From Thermoproteota archaeon (GTDB lineage Archaea > Thermoproteota > Thermoprotei > Thermofilales > B9-G17), in contig JAPDJW010000002.1 in NCBI GenBank assembly GCA_029258885.1, positions 416,001 to 480,000 on the forward strand: a stretch of 64,000 nucleotides of DNA, given 5' to 3'. Below are positions 39,362-48,932 of this stretch, piece after piece. The translations under genes were made by a program, and so were the position numbers. Each line of letters starts with the position of its first letter. Position 1 is the stretch's first letter. The notes beneath the pieces are model-generated. The model was not told the origin of the DNA. It ran no database searches and was given only the letters and a program-made list of their open reading frames with translations.

Positions 39362-40231
39362 CTACTTTTCTCTCTTCTTCGACCTAGCCTTTCTGCCTAA
39401 GCGTCTATAGGTGTTCCTAAGCAGTATTGCATCGCCCTCTATATTCGGGCTTTCACTTATAACCACACCCTTGATTTTAAAGTCCCGCCAGCTCTTAACT
39501 AGCGCCTCATAGTCTAAATCCGTCTCTTCAATGTTTAAGTGTCTCTTCTCCCCCTTTTCGGTATACTCTATCCCCGATACGTGTATATGCATGTTCCTCA
39601 GCCCCTCCTTACCCAGATATTCCTCAACGAGCTCCAGAACTCTGGCAAACTCATCGTAGGAGTTAAATCCGCCAGCATTCCTAGCTCTAAGGTGAGCGTA
39701 GTCTATGACGGGCATAACCATCTCCAGCTCCTGGCTAAGCCTTAAAACTTCCTCGAGGGAACCGAACTGTGTAGGCTTACCGGTAGTCTCAGGCCTAATC
39801 CATATCTTAATACCTTGATTATCGAGCTTCCTAATAACCTCCTTAAGAGCCTCCTTAACTCTATCATAAACTATCTTAGGGTCATCGCCCATATAGTATG
39901 CAGCGTGGAAGCATACGCTCCATGCACCAGCAATATACGCTATCTTAGCGGCATTGAGTATCCTCTCAATACTTCTTTTCCTCTTAGCCTCATCAGGCGA
40001 ATTTAGGTTTATGTAGTATTCACCATGACACGTAAGCTTAACACCAGCCTGCTTAGCTACCTTTCTAACCTCCAGCGCACGTTCAGCCGATAAACTAACC
40101 CTCCTAACAAACTCAAGCTCCATAGCATCCAAACCAAGATCCTTAACTTGGTTAATGCCCGCAATAACGTCACGTTTAGGCGTACTTATAGGAATACCGG
40201 CTGTACCAAAGTAGAGCTTCCTTAAACCCAA
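39362..40231 (-). CDS. nfo: Endonuclease IV (AP endonuclease family 2)
   Basis: FGTAG, MELEFV, HGEYYINL, FHAAYY, PETTGK..FG, IDYAH, HIHVSGI and RH. The start is placed at TTG 40231 after a GAGGGG RBS-like motif. Confidence 0.88.
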   Translation of the reverse strand: MGLRKLYFGTAGIPISTPKRDVIAGINQVKDLGLDAMELEFVRRVSLSAERALEVRKVAKQAGVKLTCHGEYYINLNSPDEAKRKRSIERILNAAKIAYIAGAWSVCFHAAYYMGDDPKIVYDRVKEALKEVIRKLDNQGIKIWIRPETTGKPTQFGSLEEVLRLSQELEMVMPVIDYAHLRARNAGGFNSYDEFARVLELVEEYLGKEGLRNMHIHVSGIEYTEKGEKRHLNIEETDLDYEALVKSWRDFKIKGVVISESPNIEGDAILLRNTYRRLGRKARSKKREK

Positions 40232-40468
40232 GCAGAACCCCTCACGACAACCCCTAAAACAACATACATATTTCGTTCGCCTAAAACTATACACTAAAAT
40301 ACCTTAATTATCTTTAACGTTCACATTAATAGGCTTCTCAGGTAAGTCTAATCATAGGTAGCTCTTCTAACATCTATTCCGAGCTTTACCGCCTAGCTAA
40401 AAATTCCTCAACTATTTATTCTTACCATTTTCATTCTATGGGGATTGTAGCTATGCGGTGCTATGAGC

Positions 40469-40909
40469 TTAAGCCTTAATTAATTCCTCTGTCGTGTATA
40501 GGATAATTCCTTTACCTAAGATCTTAGTTAATACGTCCCTACTCTCCTGAATTCTTTTTTTAAGTTTCTTATCGTCTGTTACTAGTTTTGCATCTAATTC
40601 ATATGATACAACCACGTATGATGCATCATAGTATGTTATATTAAGTTCATGTGCTAGATTTAGTACAAGCGAGGTATCGTGTGGAGCAACGATATGTAAA
40701 ATATTGAATATATTATTAGTTAGAGACAGTAGCAGTAATGCTTCATCAATAGATATTCTGTTTAGTAGTGTGGCTTCTTTCCATAGAGCATTACCTACTT
40801 CATAGGGGGTGAGAGTCAAAATATAGTTTCCTTTCAGGTATTTGTATGCGGATGACCCAATAGTCCTAATTAGGTTTAGTAGTGCTGAAGAATCGAAGAC
40901 GAGCTTCAT
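40469..40909 (-). CDS. vapC: PIN-domain toxin (VapC)
   Basis: VFDSSA, TPYEVGNALWK, ITYYDASY and LVTDD. Confidence 0.9.
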   Translation of the reverse strand: MKLVFDSSALLNLIRTIGSSAYKYLKGNYILTLTPYEVGNALWKEATLLNRISIDEALLLLSLTNNIFNILHIVAPHDTSLVLNLAHELNITYYDASYVVVSYELDAKLVTDDKKLKKRIQESRDVLTKILGKGIILYTTEELIKA

Positions 40910-41145
40910 CTCTCCTCACGACTAAGACGTATAATACTGGTTATTTCTTCAGCAGGTATCTTTCTTAGAATTTTACTAGCTTCATCTAAAGACTCCTTAA
41001 TCTCTTCCTCTTCTCTTTTTCGCACCTCCTCTTCTAAAGCACTTCTAATAACATCGCTAATTGTTATATTATACTTCTTTAGTTTATTGTAGAGTTCTCT
41101 CCTAATTTTAGCTGAAACTGTAACATAGTCCACGTAGAACACCAT
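40906..41145 (-). CDS. vapB: Ribbon-helix-helix antitoxin (VapB/CopG-like)
   Basis: VTVSAKI..ELY..LKKYNI.ISDVIRSALEEEV; ATGA overlap with vapC. Confidence 0.85.
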   Translation of the reverse strand: MVFYVDYVTVSAKIRRELYNKLKKYNITISDVIRSALEEEVRKREEEEIKESLDEASKILRKIPAEEITSIIRLSREER

Positions 41146-41159
41146 ATTTAATACAAATA

Positions 41160-41184
41160 TTGTAGTATAAAAATATTACTACAA
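41160..41184. promoter_or_regulatory. Inverted repeat upstream of vapB (putative autoregulatory operator)
   Basis: TTGTAGTA-N9-TACTACAA. Confidence 0.5.
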
Positions 41185-41309
41185 AAATCGTAATACCAGC
41201 GTATCTAGCTTTTGATTTAAATATTCTCTGACCACATGCGGTTGAGTGTTAGAAGTAAGATTAATAGCAGGGATATAGTACCGTTAATTTGGTCCTACGG
41301 TTGAGGATT

Positions 41310-41585
41310 ATGGGACTTCAGATAAAGATTAGAACGTTAGGCTACTTGGAGGATCTATTGGACAGGGAATTGGAGGTTAATGTTAATGCTACGTCAGTGC
41401 TGGATTTAATTATGGAGTTAGCCAAGCTTAAAGGCTTTAAACCATCGGAGATTCTCGATTCTCTAAGGGATGAAGATTATCTACTGTTGCTTAACGGTAG
41501 AAGCGTTAACTACGATATGCTTAAGAAGACTAAACTGAGAAGCGGGGACGTGGTAGTATTTATGCCTGTTGTTTCAGGCGGATAA
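41310..41585 (+). CDS. MoaD/ThiS/SAMP-family ubiquitin-like sulfur carrier
   Basis: LLLLNGR...TKLRSGDVV.FMPVVSGG with a C-terminal GG; ATG at 41310 preferred. Confidence 0.88.
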   Translation: MGLQIKIRTLGYLEDLLDRELEVNVNATSVLDLIMELAKLKGFKPSEILDSLRDEDYLLLLNGRSVNYDMLKKTKLRSGDVVVFMPVVSGG

Positions 41586-43337
41586 TGGCTCAAGCCTAGA
41601 CATTTTTATGAATAGTTTCTGGAACTCCTTTCTCTCAGGCATATTTAATACCCTTATTCTACGGCAAATTCTCCTAATCTTCTCTCTTTCGCTCATCGAT
41701 ACCAGATATATTTCAGCTCCTGCAAGCGATCCATTTCCTATAAAAACTATGTTCTCTTTCTCAACCCTCGGCAGTAATCCAATTTCAACGGCATTATCTG
41801 GGTTGATTCTAAAGCCGAAGCTACCAGCTACATACACTTTCTCCAAGTCGCTAGGCTTAATCCCCAATTGCTCCAGAAGAAAATAGTATGCAGTCTTAAA
41901 CGCTGAGATAACGAGCTGGAGCTTCCTAATATCAAGCTGAGTAACCACTATATCGCTGGAATCACTCGAGGCGACAACGAATTCAAGTATACTCTCCCTC
42001 CTCCTGACGCCTTTCCCTTCCCTTAACCTACCGTTTCGTTCAAGTAGTCCATGTCTAACGAGTTCAGCTAGTATATCCACGTATCCAGTACCACATATAC
42101 CCTTAGGATCAGTATTTCCTATAACTCTATACCTATCGTCACTTAAGCTAAAGCTTTCAATAGCTCCTTCAACAGCCATCATTCCATGCTTTAATCCCAC
42201 GCCCTCGAAAGCTGGTCCTGCTGGTACAGATGTAGCCACAATTTCATCGTTATACTTTACTACAACCTCACCGTTTGTACCTATATCTATAAGCATGGCA
42301 CGGTTATGTTCGAGCAGGCCGGATGCTAGTATATCGCCAGCAACATCGCCGCCTACAAATCCCCCAATTACGGGAAGCGTATAAACTATGGCTTCACTAT
42401 TTCCGATTAAGCCTAGGCTTCCAGTGTTAACTCTTATCTCCTCTAAGAACGGGGGTTCAAATGGATACGTGCCTAGGGTTGCAGGGGATATACCTAGGAC
42501 TAAAGCCGTCATAACCGTATTTCCGGCAATAGCTATGGAGTATATATCATCTGCGCATACATCGGAGGACGATATCAGCTCGGAGATATTATCATTTATC
42601 GTTTTGACAGCTGCCTCCTTAAGTTCAGAAACACCATTACGTCTCGTTGCATACTCTATACGGGATATAAGGTTATCTCCATACCTTATCTGATAGTTGT
42701 ATCTAAAGCTACTAGCTATGATCGATCCAGAGGATAGATCGATAAGAGATGAAACAACTGTAGTAGTACCTAAATCAACAGCAACACCATATATCCCTCG
42801 CTTAGATACTCCTAGAACCATCTCCTCCTCTAGGTCATATACTAAGTTAACTCTTTCTCCCTTAGCTACAATGGATGGAATGATTCGTCTAAAGCCCATG
42901 GAACAGGACTTGGGATTCAGACCATTTTTCCTAAGAACATTGAACACGTTATCGATAACTGAAGGTCCGCTGCGGCTAACCCTACCTAGGGGGAGGAGAA
43001 TAACCGATGGATTTACATTAATACTTCTTCTTATTCTCTCTCCGACAATGCCTCCCCTGATCCTCGGGATACTGATCCAAGTCTCTCCTAGAACTCTTGT
43101 TTGACATGCAAGCCGCCATCCCTTCTCGATAAGTTCGCCAAGTAGCTCCCTTTCCCTCAACGTTGGCTGACTAATATTGCCTTTCAATATCTTAACTCTA
43201 CATAAACCACATAAACCACGGCCGCCGCAGGAAGCACTGATCAATATTCCATTACTTCTTAATGCTTCGAGGAGGGTAATGTTCCTAGAAATGCTTAACT
43301 TAATACCATTAACATTAAGAACTATGTTTTCCTCCAT
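41574..43337 (-). CDS. Reductive activator of corrinoid proteins (RACo/RamA-like; 2Fe-2S + ASKHA/DUF4445)
   Basis: CGGRGLCGLC...RLACQ ferredoxin domain; AVDLGTTT; GDNLISRI; GGFVGGD; IDIGTNGE; AGPAFEG; GICGTG; Q.DIR; AGSFG; GNGSLAG. Confidence 0.92.
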   Translation of the reverse strand: MEENIVLNVNGIKLSISRNITLLEALRSNGILISASCGGRGLCGLCRVKILKGNISQPTLRERELLGELIEKGWRLACQTRVLGETWISIPRIRGGIVGERIRRSINVNPSVILLPLGRVSRSGPSVIDNVFNVLRKNGLNPKSCSMGFRRIIPSIVAKGERVNLVYDLEEEMVLGVSKRGIYGVAVDLGTTTVVSSLIDLSSGSIIASSFRYNYQIRYGDNLISRIEYATRRNGVSELKEAAVKTINDNISELISSSDVCADDIYSIAIAGNTVMTALVLGISPATLGTYPFEPPFLEEIRVNTGSLGLIGNSEAIVYTLPVIGGFVGGDVAGDILASGLLEHNRAMLIDIGTNGEVVVKYNDEIVATSVPAGPAFEGVGLKHGMMAVEGAIESFSLSDDRYRVIGNTDPKGICGTGYVDILAELVRHGLLERNGRLREGKGVRRRESILEFVVASSDSSDIVVTQLDIRKLQLVISAFKTAYYFLLEQLGIKPSDLEKVYVAGSFGFRINPDNAVEIGLLPRVEKENIVFIGNGSLAGAEIYLVSMSEREKIRRICRRIRVLNMPERKEFQKLFIKMSRLEPLSA

Positions 43338-43350
43338 TTACTTCAACCAA

Positions 43351-44025
43351 TTAATTACCCGTTTTCTCCCCAACAAGTTTCTTACATACTTCAACGGCTT
43401 TAACGGCATCTTCGGCATAGGCATCAGCACCTATTTGTCTAGCAAATTCCTCCGTAACTGGTGCACCACCAACTATAACCTTCACCTTATCCCTAAGCCC
43501 CTCCCTCTTAAGCAATTCGATAACGTTCTTCATCTCTATCATCGTAGTAGTCAAGAGTGCGGACATCGCAACAATATCGGCGTTAACTTCCTTAGCCTTC
43601 CTGACGAACTCTTCGGGCGCTACATCGACGCCTAAGTCGTAGACCTCGAAGCCAGCTATCTCAAGCATTGTCGCCACAATATTCTTACCGATATCGTGTA
43701 GATCGCCCTTAACAGTACCTATAACAATCCTTCCCAATACTTCCCTAGCACTGCCCTCAGCCGTAAGTAGTGGCTTAAGCTTCTCATCCATAATCTCCTT
43801 AAAGAGATCAGCTGAAATAATTAGCTCGGGCAGGAAATACTCCCCCTTCTCAAATAAATCGCCTATCTCTCTTATAGCAGGAGTTAAGGCGTTATCAATA
43901 ATATCTAGAGGCTTAATACCCATCCTTAAAGCCTCATCAACAGCCTCCTTAACCTCATCAATCCTTATCTCAACCATCAACCTCCTAATTCTTTCTAGAA
44001 TTTCCTCTCTATTCACAACAGACAC
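43351..44025 (-). CDS. Methyltransferase cognate corrinoid protein (MtmC/MttC-like)
   Basis: Cap domain IGDLFEKGEYFLPEL; B12-binding GTVKGDLHDIGKN (DxHxxG); DLGVDV; SALLTTT; VGGAP. Confidence 0.93.
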   Translation of the reverse strand: MSVVNREEILERIRRLMVEIRIDEVKEAVDEALRMGIKPLDIIDNALTPAIREIGDLFEKGEYFLPELIISADLFKEIMDEKLKPLLTAEGSAREVLGRIVIGTVKGDLHDIGKNIVATMLEIAGFEVYDLGVDVAPEEFVRKAKEVNADIVAMSALLTTTMIEMKNVIELLKREGLRDKVKVIVGGAPVTEEFARQIGADAYAEDAVKAVEVCKKLVGEKTGN

Positions 44026-44419
44026 CTATAAAGCATCACTATACCATAAATATATGCTTTATCACGCTATAGCAATATTTGGGTCAATCGGTAAAGACCT
44101 CAATTAGCTTCAAGCAAAATCAGCTGAAAAGCCGTGCACCTAACCATTTACAGCGGCGACTTTACGTCTCTTGCCGACTACCATAAAACCTTAACACAAG
44201 TAAATACTATATTGCCATTATTTAAGATTGACATAATTATCCTATCCGCAAGCCTTGTCGGTCACCTCTACCATCAAAAGGACAAGACATTATGTATCTC
44301 AGTGAATTAACGTATAGATGTATACATCCCCAGTCTTGAAGTCTATTCATAAAGAGCTCTCTAGTTCCTCAATGAGTATACGTTAATTTATGATTCTTAG
44401 GCTTACAGTTTATTAAAGT

Positions 44420-44477
44420 ATTTCAGCTTAGGACCGCGTAATCATCAGAATCATCAAGGGCGATATTCATCATGTGG
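44420..44477 (-). ncRNA. C/D-box methylation guide sRNA (core unit of a longer box array)
   Basis: Minus strand: C ATGATGA - atatcgccc - D' TTGA - tgattc - C' TGATGA - ttacgcggtcctaag - D CTGA. About 55 nt and intergenic. Confidence 0.7.
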
Positions 44478-44542
44478 CGTCATAGCCGCCTAGTCATCAC
44501 AGTCAGTGGGGGGCAACGTTATTGAATGGCTAATCATCCGCC
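44478..44542 (-). ncRNA. Additional upstream C/D box units (second sRNA or 5' extension)
   Basis: Minus strand: GATGATT...cccccca-CTGA-ct-GTGATGA-ctaggcggct-ATGA, directly adjoining the downstream sRNA. Confidence 0.45.
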
Positions 44543-44595
44543 AATATGATAGTTTTAAGGAAATCAATATATCTTTTTCGAAGCTAATATAGGCT

Positions 44596-45192
44596 GTGAG
44601 TGAGTGGAAACAGAGGAAGGAATATTTCATTAACAGGCTGAAGCGGGAGCTGAAGGAGGGTAGGGTAGACATAGATATTCTACCTCTGCTTGAAAGTATA
44701 AATGAGCTTGAAAACTTCTATACTACGAGCTCCTGCAGCGGTAGAATACAGGTATACTGTGCAGAGCTTCCAGGAGACAAGTTTGGATTGAAAACTCTAG
44801 TTAAATGGCATAGAGTCATCACTACAGATGAGCTGAAGGAGGTGTTAAGGAAGTCTGACTGTAAGAATATATGGCTTGCAGTACTTCCACCTATAATTCA
44901 CGTCGTAGCCAAGGATGTTGAGTCAGCTAACCTAATGCTTCATATAGCTAGGGATGCAGGCTTTAAACACAGTGGGATACTATCGGTAAAGCCTGAGAGA
45001 ATAGTTATTGAAATAACTGGTAGCGAGAGAATAGAGCTTCCGATTAAATTAAATAATATTCAGATAGTTCCTGAATCTGCTTTAGAAGACATAGTTAGAG
45101 CTGCTAATGAAATGCTTAAAATAACTAAAAAGAAGTTAAGTAGACTGAGGAGAAATACTTGCAGGCTGAAGTCTTTAGGTCAAAAAGATTAA
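44596..45192 (+). CDS. taw3: tRNA wyosine methyltransferase Taw3/TYW3
   Basis: VDIDI..LL..IN..NFYTTSSCSGRI, KWH, PPIIHV and A...GFKHSGI. Confidence 0.92.
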   Translation: MSEWKQRKEYFINRLKRELKEGRVDIDILPLLESINELENFYTTSSCSGRIQVYCAELPGDKFGLKTLVKWHRVITTDELKEVLRKSDCKNIWLAVLPPIIHVVAKDVESANLMLHIARDAGFKHSGILSVKPERIVIEITGSERIELPIKLNNIQIVPESALEDIVRAANEMLKITKKKLSRLRRNTCRLKSLGQKD

Positions 45193-45270
45193 ATCTCCCT
45201 AAATGCTTTAATATACTCAATTTCTGCCTCTCGCTCAATCCTGATTAATATATGGCTTACGGGGAGTAGA

Positions 45271-46020
45271 GTGAAAGTATTTGGATTCACCGGACCTAGG
45301 AATTCGGGAAAAACGACAGTTGTCGAAAAAATCGCCGAAAAGCTTGTGAATGAAGGATACAGGGTTGGATACATTAAACACGCGGGTAGAGAGGAGTTTA
45401 TAGACGTAGCTGGCAAGGATACGAGCAGATTAAGGGACAGCGGCGCCGCGAGGAGAGTGGTGATAGCTGGTTCGGAGTCAGCGATTTTCATGGAACCGCT
45501 TGAGCTTACTAAGGCCTACAGTTTCTTCGGCGGTTTCGACTACGTTCTGGTTGAGGGGTTTAGGAGAAGCTACATAGGTCCGAGAATAGTTGTCGCTAGA
45601 AAAATCGAGGATGCCATAGGCTACATCGACGAACTTACGGTAGGAATAGTCCTAACCGGAACTACACAGCCTAGCGGATCTTACAAGGATATTCCAATAT
45701 TCAGTCTAGAGGATGTTGATAAGGTAGCTAATCTAGTTAAAACTAATGCATTGAATCCATTGCCTGGATTAAACTGCGGTAAATGCGGGTTTAAGACGTG
45801 TAGGGGTTTAATGTCGGCTATTATTAGGGGTGAGGCTAGCATAGATCATTGTGTAACGCTTAAGGCTTTAAAGGAAGTTAGGTTAAGGGTTGATGATGTA
45901 TATGTTCCCTTAAATCCATTTGTAGCGGGTCTTCTCAGAAACATTTTAATAGCATTTATTTCAAGTCTTAAGGGGGTAAAATCTAAGCCCAATAAAATAG
46001 AGGTAATAGTGCTTGAATAG
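45271..46020 (+). CDS. mobB: Molybdopterin-guanine dinucleotide biosynthesis protein B with Fe-S module
   Basis: GPRNSGKTT, YIKH, KDT.R...GA, VLVEGF; LNCGKCGFKTC...C; LNPFV tail. Confidence 0.9.
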   Translation: MKVFGFTGPRNSGKTTVVEKIAEKLVNEGYRVGYIKHAGREEFIDVAGKDTSRLRDSGAARRVVIAGSESAIFMEPLELTKAYSFFGGFDYVLVEGFRRSYIGPRIVVARKIEDAIGYIDELTVGIVLTGTTQPSGSYKDIPIFSLEDVDKVANLVKTNALNPLPGLNCGKCGFKTCRGLMSAIIRGEASIDHCVTLKALKEVRLRVDDVYVPLNPFVAGLLRNILIAFISSLKGVKSKPNKIEVIVLE

Positions 46021-46071
46021 TTGTTCGGTTATACCGAAAGTTCTTCATATATGAGATTTTGGTGATGAGCC

Positions 46072-46773
46072 ATGTTTAAGGCGATAGCCCTAGATATTGA
46101 TGGAACGATAACATTAAAAAACGGCTTAATAAGCACAAAGGCTATATTGCTAATCAGAAGACTTGAGTCTAGAGGTATCAGGATAGTTCTCGCATCAGGC
46201 AATGCCTTTCCGGTTTTAATGGGCTTGAAGAAGTACTTCGGCTGTAGCGGAGTAGTAATAGCGGAAAACGGCGCAGTAGTAGGGGATGATACACAATTGA
46301 TAGTAAACGGTGATCCGGAGGTTGGGTTAAAGGCTAAGGAAGCCATATTATCTAAGCTAGGGGATATAGTTCGTGAGAGCTGGCAGAATAGGTTTAGATA
46401 CGTGGATTTTGCCTTTAAGTTGAGGAAGCCCAGCTTAAGTAGGAGCTATGTCCTCAACGCCATGAGGAGGGCTGTAGGCGACATGCCATATACAGTTGTG
46501 GTAGATAGTGGTGTTGCTTTCCACGTGAGGGATATTAGAGTAAATAAAGGCGTTGGTTTAATTAAAGCGGCTGAGCTAATGGGACTATCACCTAAGGACT
46601 TTGTTGCAATAGGAGATAGCGAGGTAGACCTAGAGATGTTTGAGGTTGCAGGTTTCAGCGTCGCACTAGCTAATGCAGTTAAGGAATTAAAGGATAGAGC
46701 TGATATGATAACAGAGAAGCCGTACTGGGAGGGATTTAATGAGGCCGTTGAGAAGATCTTCAACCTAAAGTAA
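46072..46773 (+). CDS. HAD-IIB phosphatase (phosphoglycolate phosphatase/SPP-like)
   Basis: DIDGTIT, LASGN, AENG, NKG and IGDSEVD. Confidence 0.9.
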   Translation: MFKAIALDIDGTITLKNGLISTKAILLIRRLESRGIRIVLASGNAFPVLMGLKKYFGCSGVVIAENGAVVGDDTQLIVNGDPEVGLKAKEAILSKLGDIVRESWQNRFRYVDFAFKLRKPSLSRSYVLNAMRRAVGDMPYTVVVDSGVAFHVRDIRVNKGVGLIKAAELMGLSPKDFVAIGDSEVDLEMFEVAGFSVALANAVKELKDRADMITEKPYWEGFNEAVEKIFNLK

Positions 46774-46775
46774 CT

Positions 46776-47141
46776 CTATTCTCTGTCAATCCTTTTAACT
46801 AGTATATGTTCACCGCTTATGGTTGAATAGTACGCCTTAATTCTAAGGCTTTCCCTATACTTTAATGCTATGTTTCTGGCCTTTTCCTCAAGTCTCCTAC
46901 ATATATCCTTCAATTTAACTACATCTCCCCCCTTAAGGCTCCATCCAGGCCTATCAACGTGTATGAGTTCCACTATTAATCCTGGCATTTTTAACGTTAG
47001 ATCTATCCATAGGGAAATTTTATGTCGCCTATTTATACTGAATAATATCCATGTAGCTTCCTTTAAATCAACGTTACGTGCAACTATACTTTTTTCTCGA
47101 TAATCATATATGCTCTTTATTCTAACGGCTACCTGACTCAA
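46776..47141 (-). CDS. Hypothetical protein
   Basis: 121 aa ORF filling the gap between genes; no family recognised. Confidence 0.55.
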   Translation of the reverse strand: MSQVAVRIKSIYDYREKSIVARNVDLKEATWILFSINRRHKISLWIDLTLKMPGLIVELIHVDRPGWSLKGGDVVKLKDICRRLEEKARNIALKYRESLRIKAYYSTISGEHILVKRIDRE

Positions 47142-47232
47142 ATTAAAACACCGCTATTCTAATATATATCAATACAAGCTAATATTGGTTACAAATAAAA
47201 TATCGATATGAGGACCAATTAAGCATTTATTG

Positions 47233-48417
47233 CTAACCTTCCTCATATATAAACTCCCATTCGTCAATATTTCCAGCTATATCCTGTAAGATCTTTAATG
47301 CAACATCCTTAGACATAACTAAAAATATTTTCCCCAAATGCTTACAGAATCTTTTACTTTCAATCCTTTTCATCCAATCAGCACAGTTATGGGTTATCCT
47401 CCTATTTGTCAAATCTATTTCAATGAAGTACTCCTTAACTCTAGCCTTCACATATTCCTTCGTAATTGTGAGTTTAACTTCGCTATTAGGTATTCCCTTT
47501 GCTCTCTCCAGCCTTTTTTCATTCATGAATATGAGCAAAATATCTTCAACGTCTGCCTCGCCTCTAGCTATAAGCTCCTCAAAACTCTTCTTCGCCTTCT
47601 CAATAGCCTTCTCCTTAAAGTATTTATCAATCTCTTTCAGCTTAAACTCGTGGCCGAAATGTCCTATCCCTAGAAGAAGTATCATCTGAAGAGCATTTTT
47701 AGGGGCGAAACCCCTAAAGTGGTTATTGAAATATCCATAAACAACCTTAACTTTAGATGCAACTTCCTTAACTCTCGGAACCCACTCCTTAAGTTCCTCT
47801 TCAGTGTAAAGATAGTAGTACCAAGGCCTCTGTCCCCTACCATGCCACCTGATATAGGAGAAGTCTGCAGTAACATATGCATGTGGGGGCAGGAGGGGTT
47901 CATCAACAATGCAGTAAGCTATATTCCTATCTTTAAGAGTATCTAGCACCTCCTCGTTAAGCCATGATTCATTCCTAAATTCAACAGCGAAAGGAAAATT
48001 ATCGTATGGTAAAAGATCCAGGAAATCGCTTAGATAAGGTGCTTCAGACATGGAAACCGGCGGAAGCTGAACTAGAATAGCCCCTAACTTATCCTTCTCC
48101 CTTAAGGGCTTAACTAACTCAATAAATCTATCTATATCACTTTTCAACCCCATCTTCGGATTAAACTTCTTCTTATGAGTAATAAGCCTCGGAAGCTTAA
48201 GCGAAAACTTAAAGTACCTAGGTGAGCTCCTGATAAGCCCCCTAATTAAGCCGGGCGTAGGATAGCTGTAAAACGTAGAATTCACCTCTACAGTGTTAAA
48301 TACCTCTATATATTGGCTAAACATATTCTTATAGTCGAAATAGAAGGGACCAACCCAATCGTCGTAACTCCACCCAGAAGTTCCTATAAGTATTTTCCCA
48401 ATAGGCAAAGATGACAC
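47233..48417 (-). CDS. DUF72 TIM-barrel protein with C-terminal SWIM-like zinc-finger extension
   Basis: IGTSGWSY, VEVNSTFY, LVQLPP, AVEFRN.SW, YIRWHGR, YLY..EEL and YFNNH; the tail carries HNCADW...FCKH. Confidence 0.88.
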   Translation of the reverse strand: MSSLPIGKILIGTSGWSYDDWVGPFYFDYKNMFSQYIEVFNTVEVNSTFYSYPTPGLIRGLIRSSPRYFKFSLKLPRLITHKKKFNPKMGLKSDIDRFIELVKPLREKDKLGAILVQLPPVSMSEAPYLSDFLDLLPYDNFPFAVEFRNESWLNEEVLDTLKDRNIAYCIVDEPLLPPHAYVTADFSYIRWHGRGQRPWYYYLYTEEELKEWVPRVKEVASKVKVVYGYFNNHFRGFAPKNALQMILLLGIGHFGHEFKLKEIDKYFKEKAIEKAKKSFEELIARGEADVEDILLIFMNEKRLERAKGIPNSEVKLTITKEYVKARVKEYFIEIDLTNRRITHNCADWMKRIESKRFCKHLGKIFLVMSKDVALKILQDIAGNIDEWEFIYEEG

Positions 48418-48522
48418 CTAGCTTAGGCTGAAGGTAGAATCTACTATTCTTGTATCTACTTGATAGATTATAAAAAGATTTCTCAAGATATTATCCGGAA
48501 TTATGGGGAACTGTTGACACGT

Positions 48523-48930
48523 CTATGTCCTAGATCTTACTGAAACGTAGATAATTATAGCTATTGCTATTAAGGTGTTTAGTAGCCCGATGGGCGTAAA
48601 GAGGAATAATAGTGTAAACATTTCGTAGTCCACGAGAGAGTGGTAGGGAGCGTACGCAAAGAGAGAGCTTACGTGTATAAGGAATACTGCCACAACATAG
48701 TAAAGCGAAATAATTCCCAGAGGTCTTGCTCTCGGGGACTTAAAGTATTTAAGTAGAATTGATAGAATGCAGAGAACGCCAGAGGATACGTATAGTCCCA
48801 TAATAGTAGCAAAGTATGCTGGAAGCACCTGAATTTCGCCTCTAAGTCCGATGACTACGGACAGGGTTACAGCTGGCACTAGGTAGATCAGCCCTAGGAG
48901 AGCCAATATCTTATCTAGAATCTCCCCCAT
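48523..48930 (-). CDS. Hypothetical membrane protein
   Basis: 135 aa, about 4 TM; directly downstream of the DUF2330-like gene (2-bp gap). Confidence 0.6.
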   Translation of the reverse strand: MGEILDKILALLGLIYLVPAVTLSVVIGLRGEIQVLPAYFATIMGLYVSSGVLCILSILLKYFKSPRARPLGIISLYYVVAVFLIHVSSLFAYAPYHSLVDYEMFTLLFLFTPIGLLNTLIAIAIIIYVSVRSRT

Positions 48931-48932
48931 AC

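Noticed and set aside
43351-44420. Pyrrolysine-containing methylamine methyltransferase upstream of the corrinoid gene
   Set aside because: No ORF pair joined by an in-frame TAG. The upstream 400 bp gives only short peptides with many stops.
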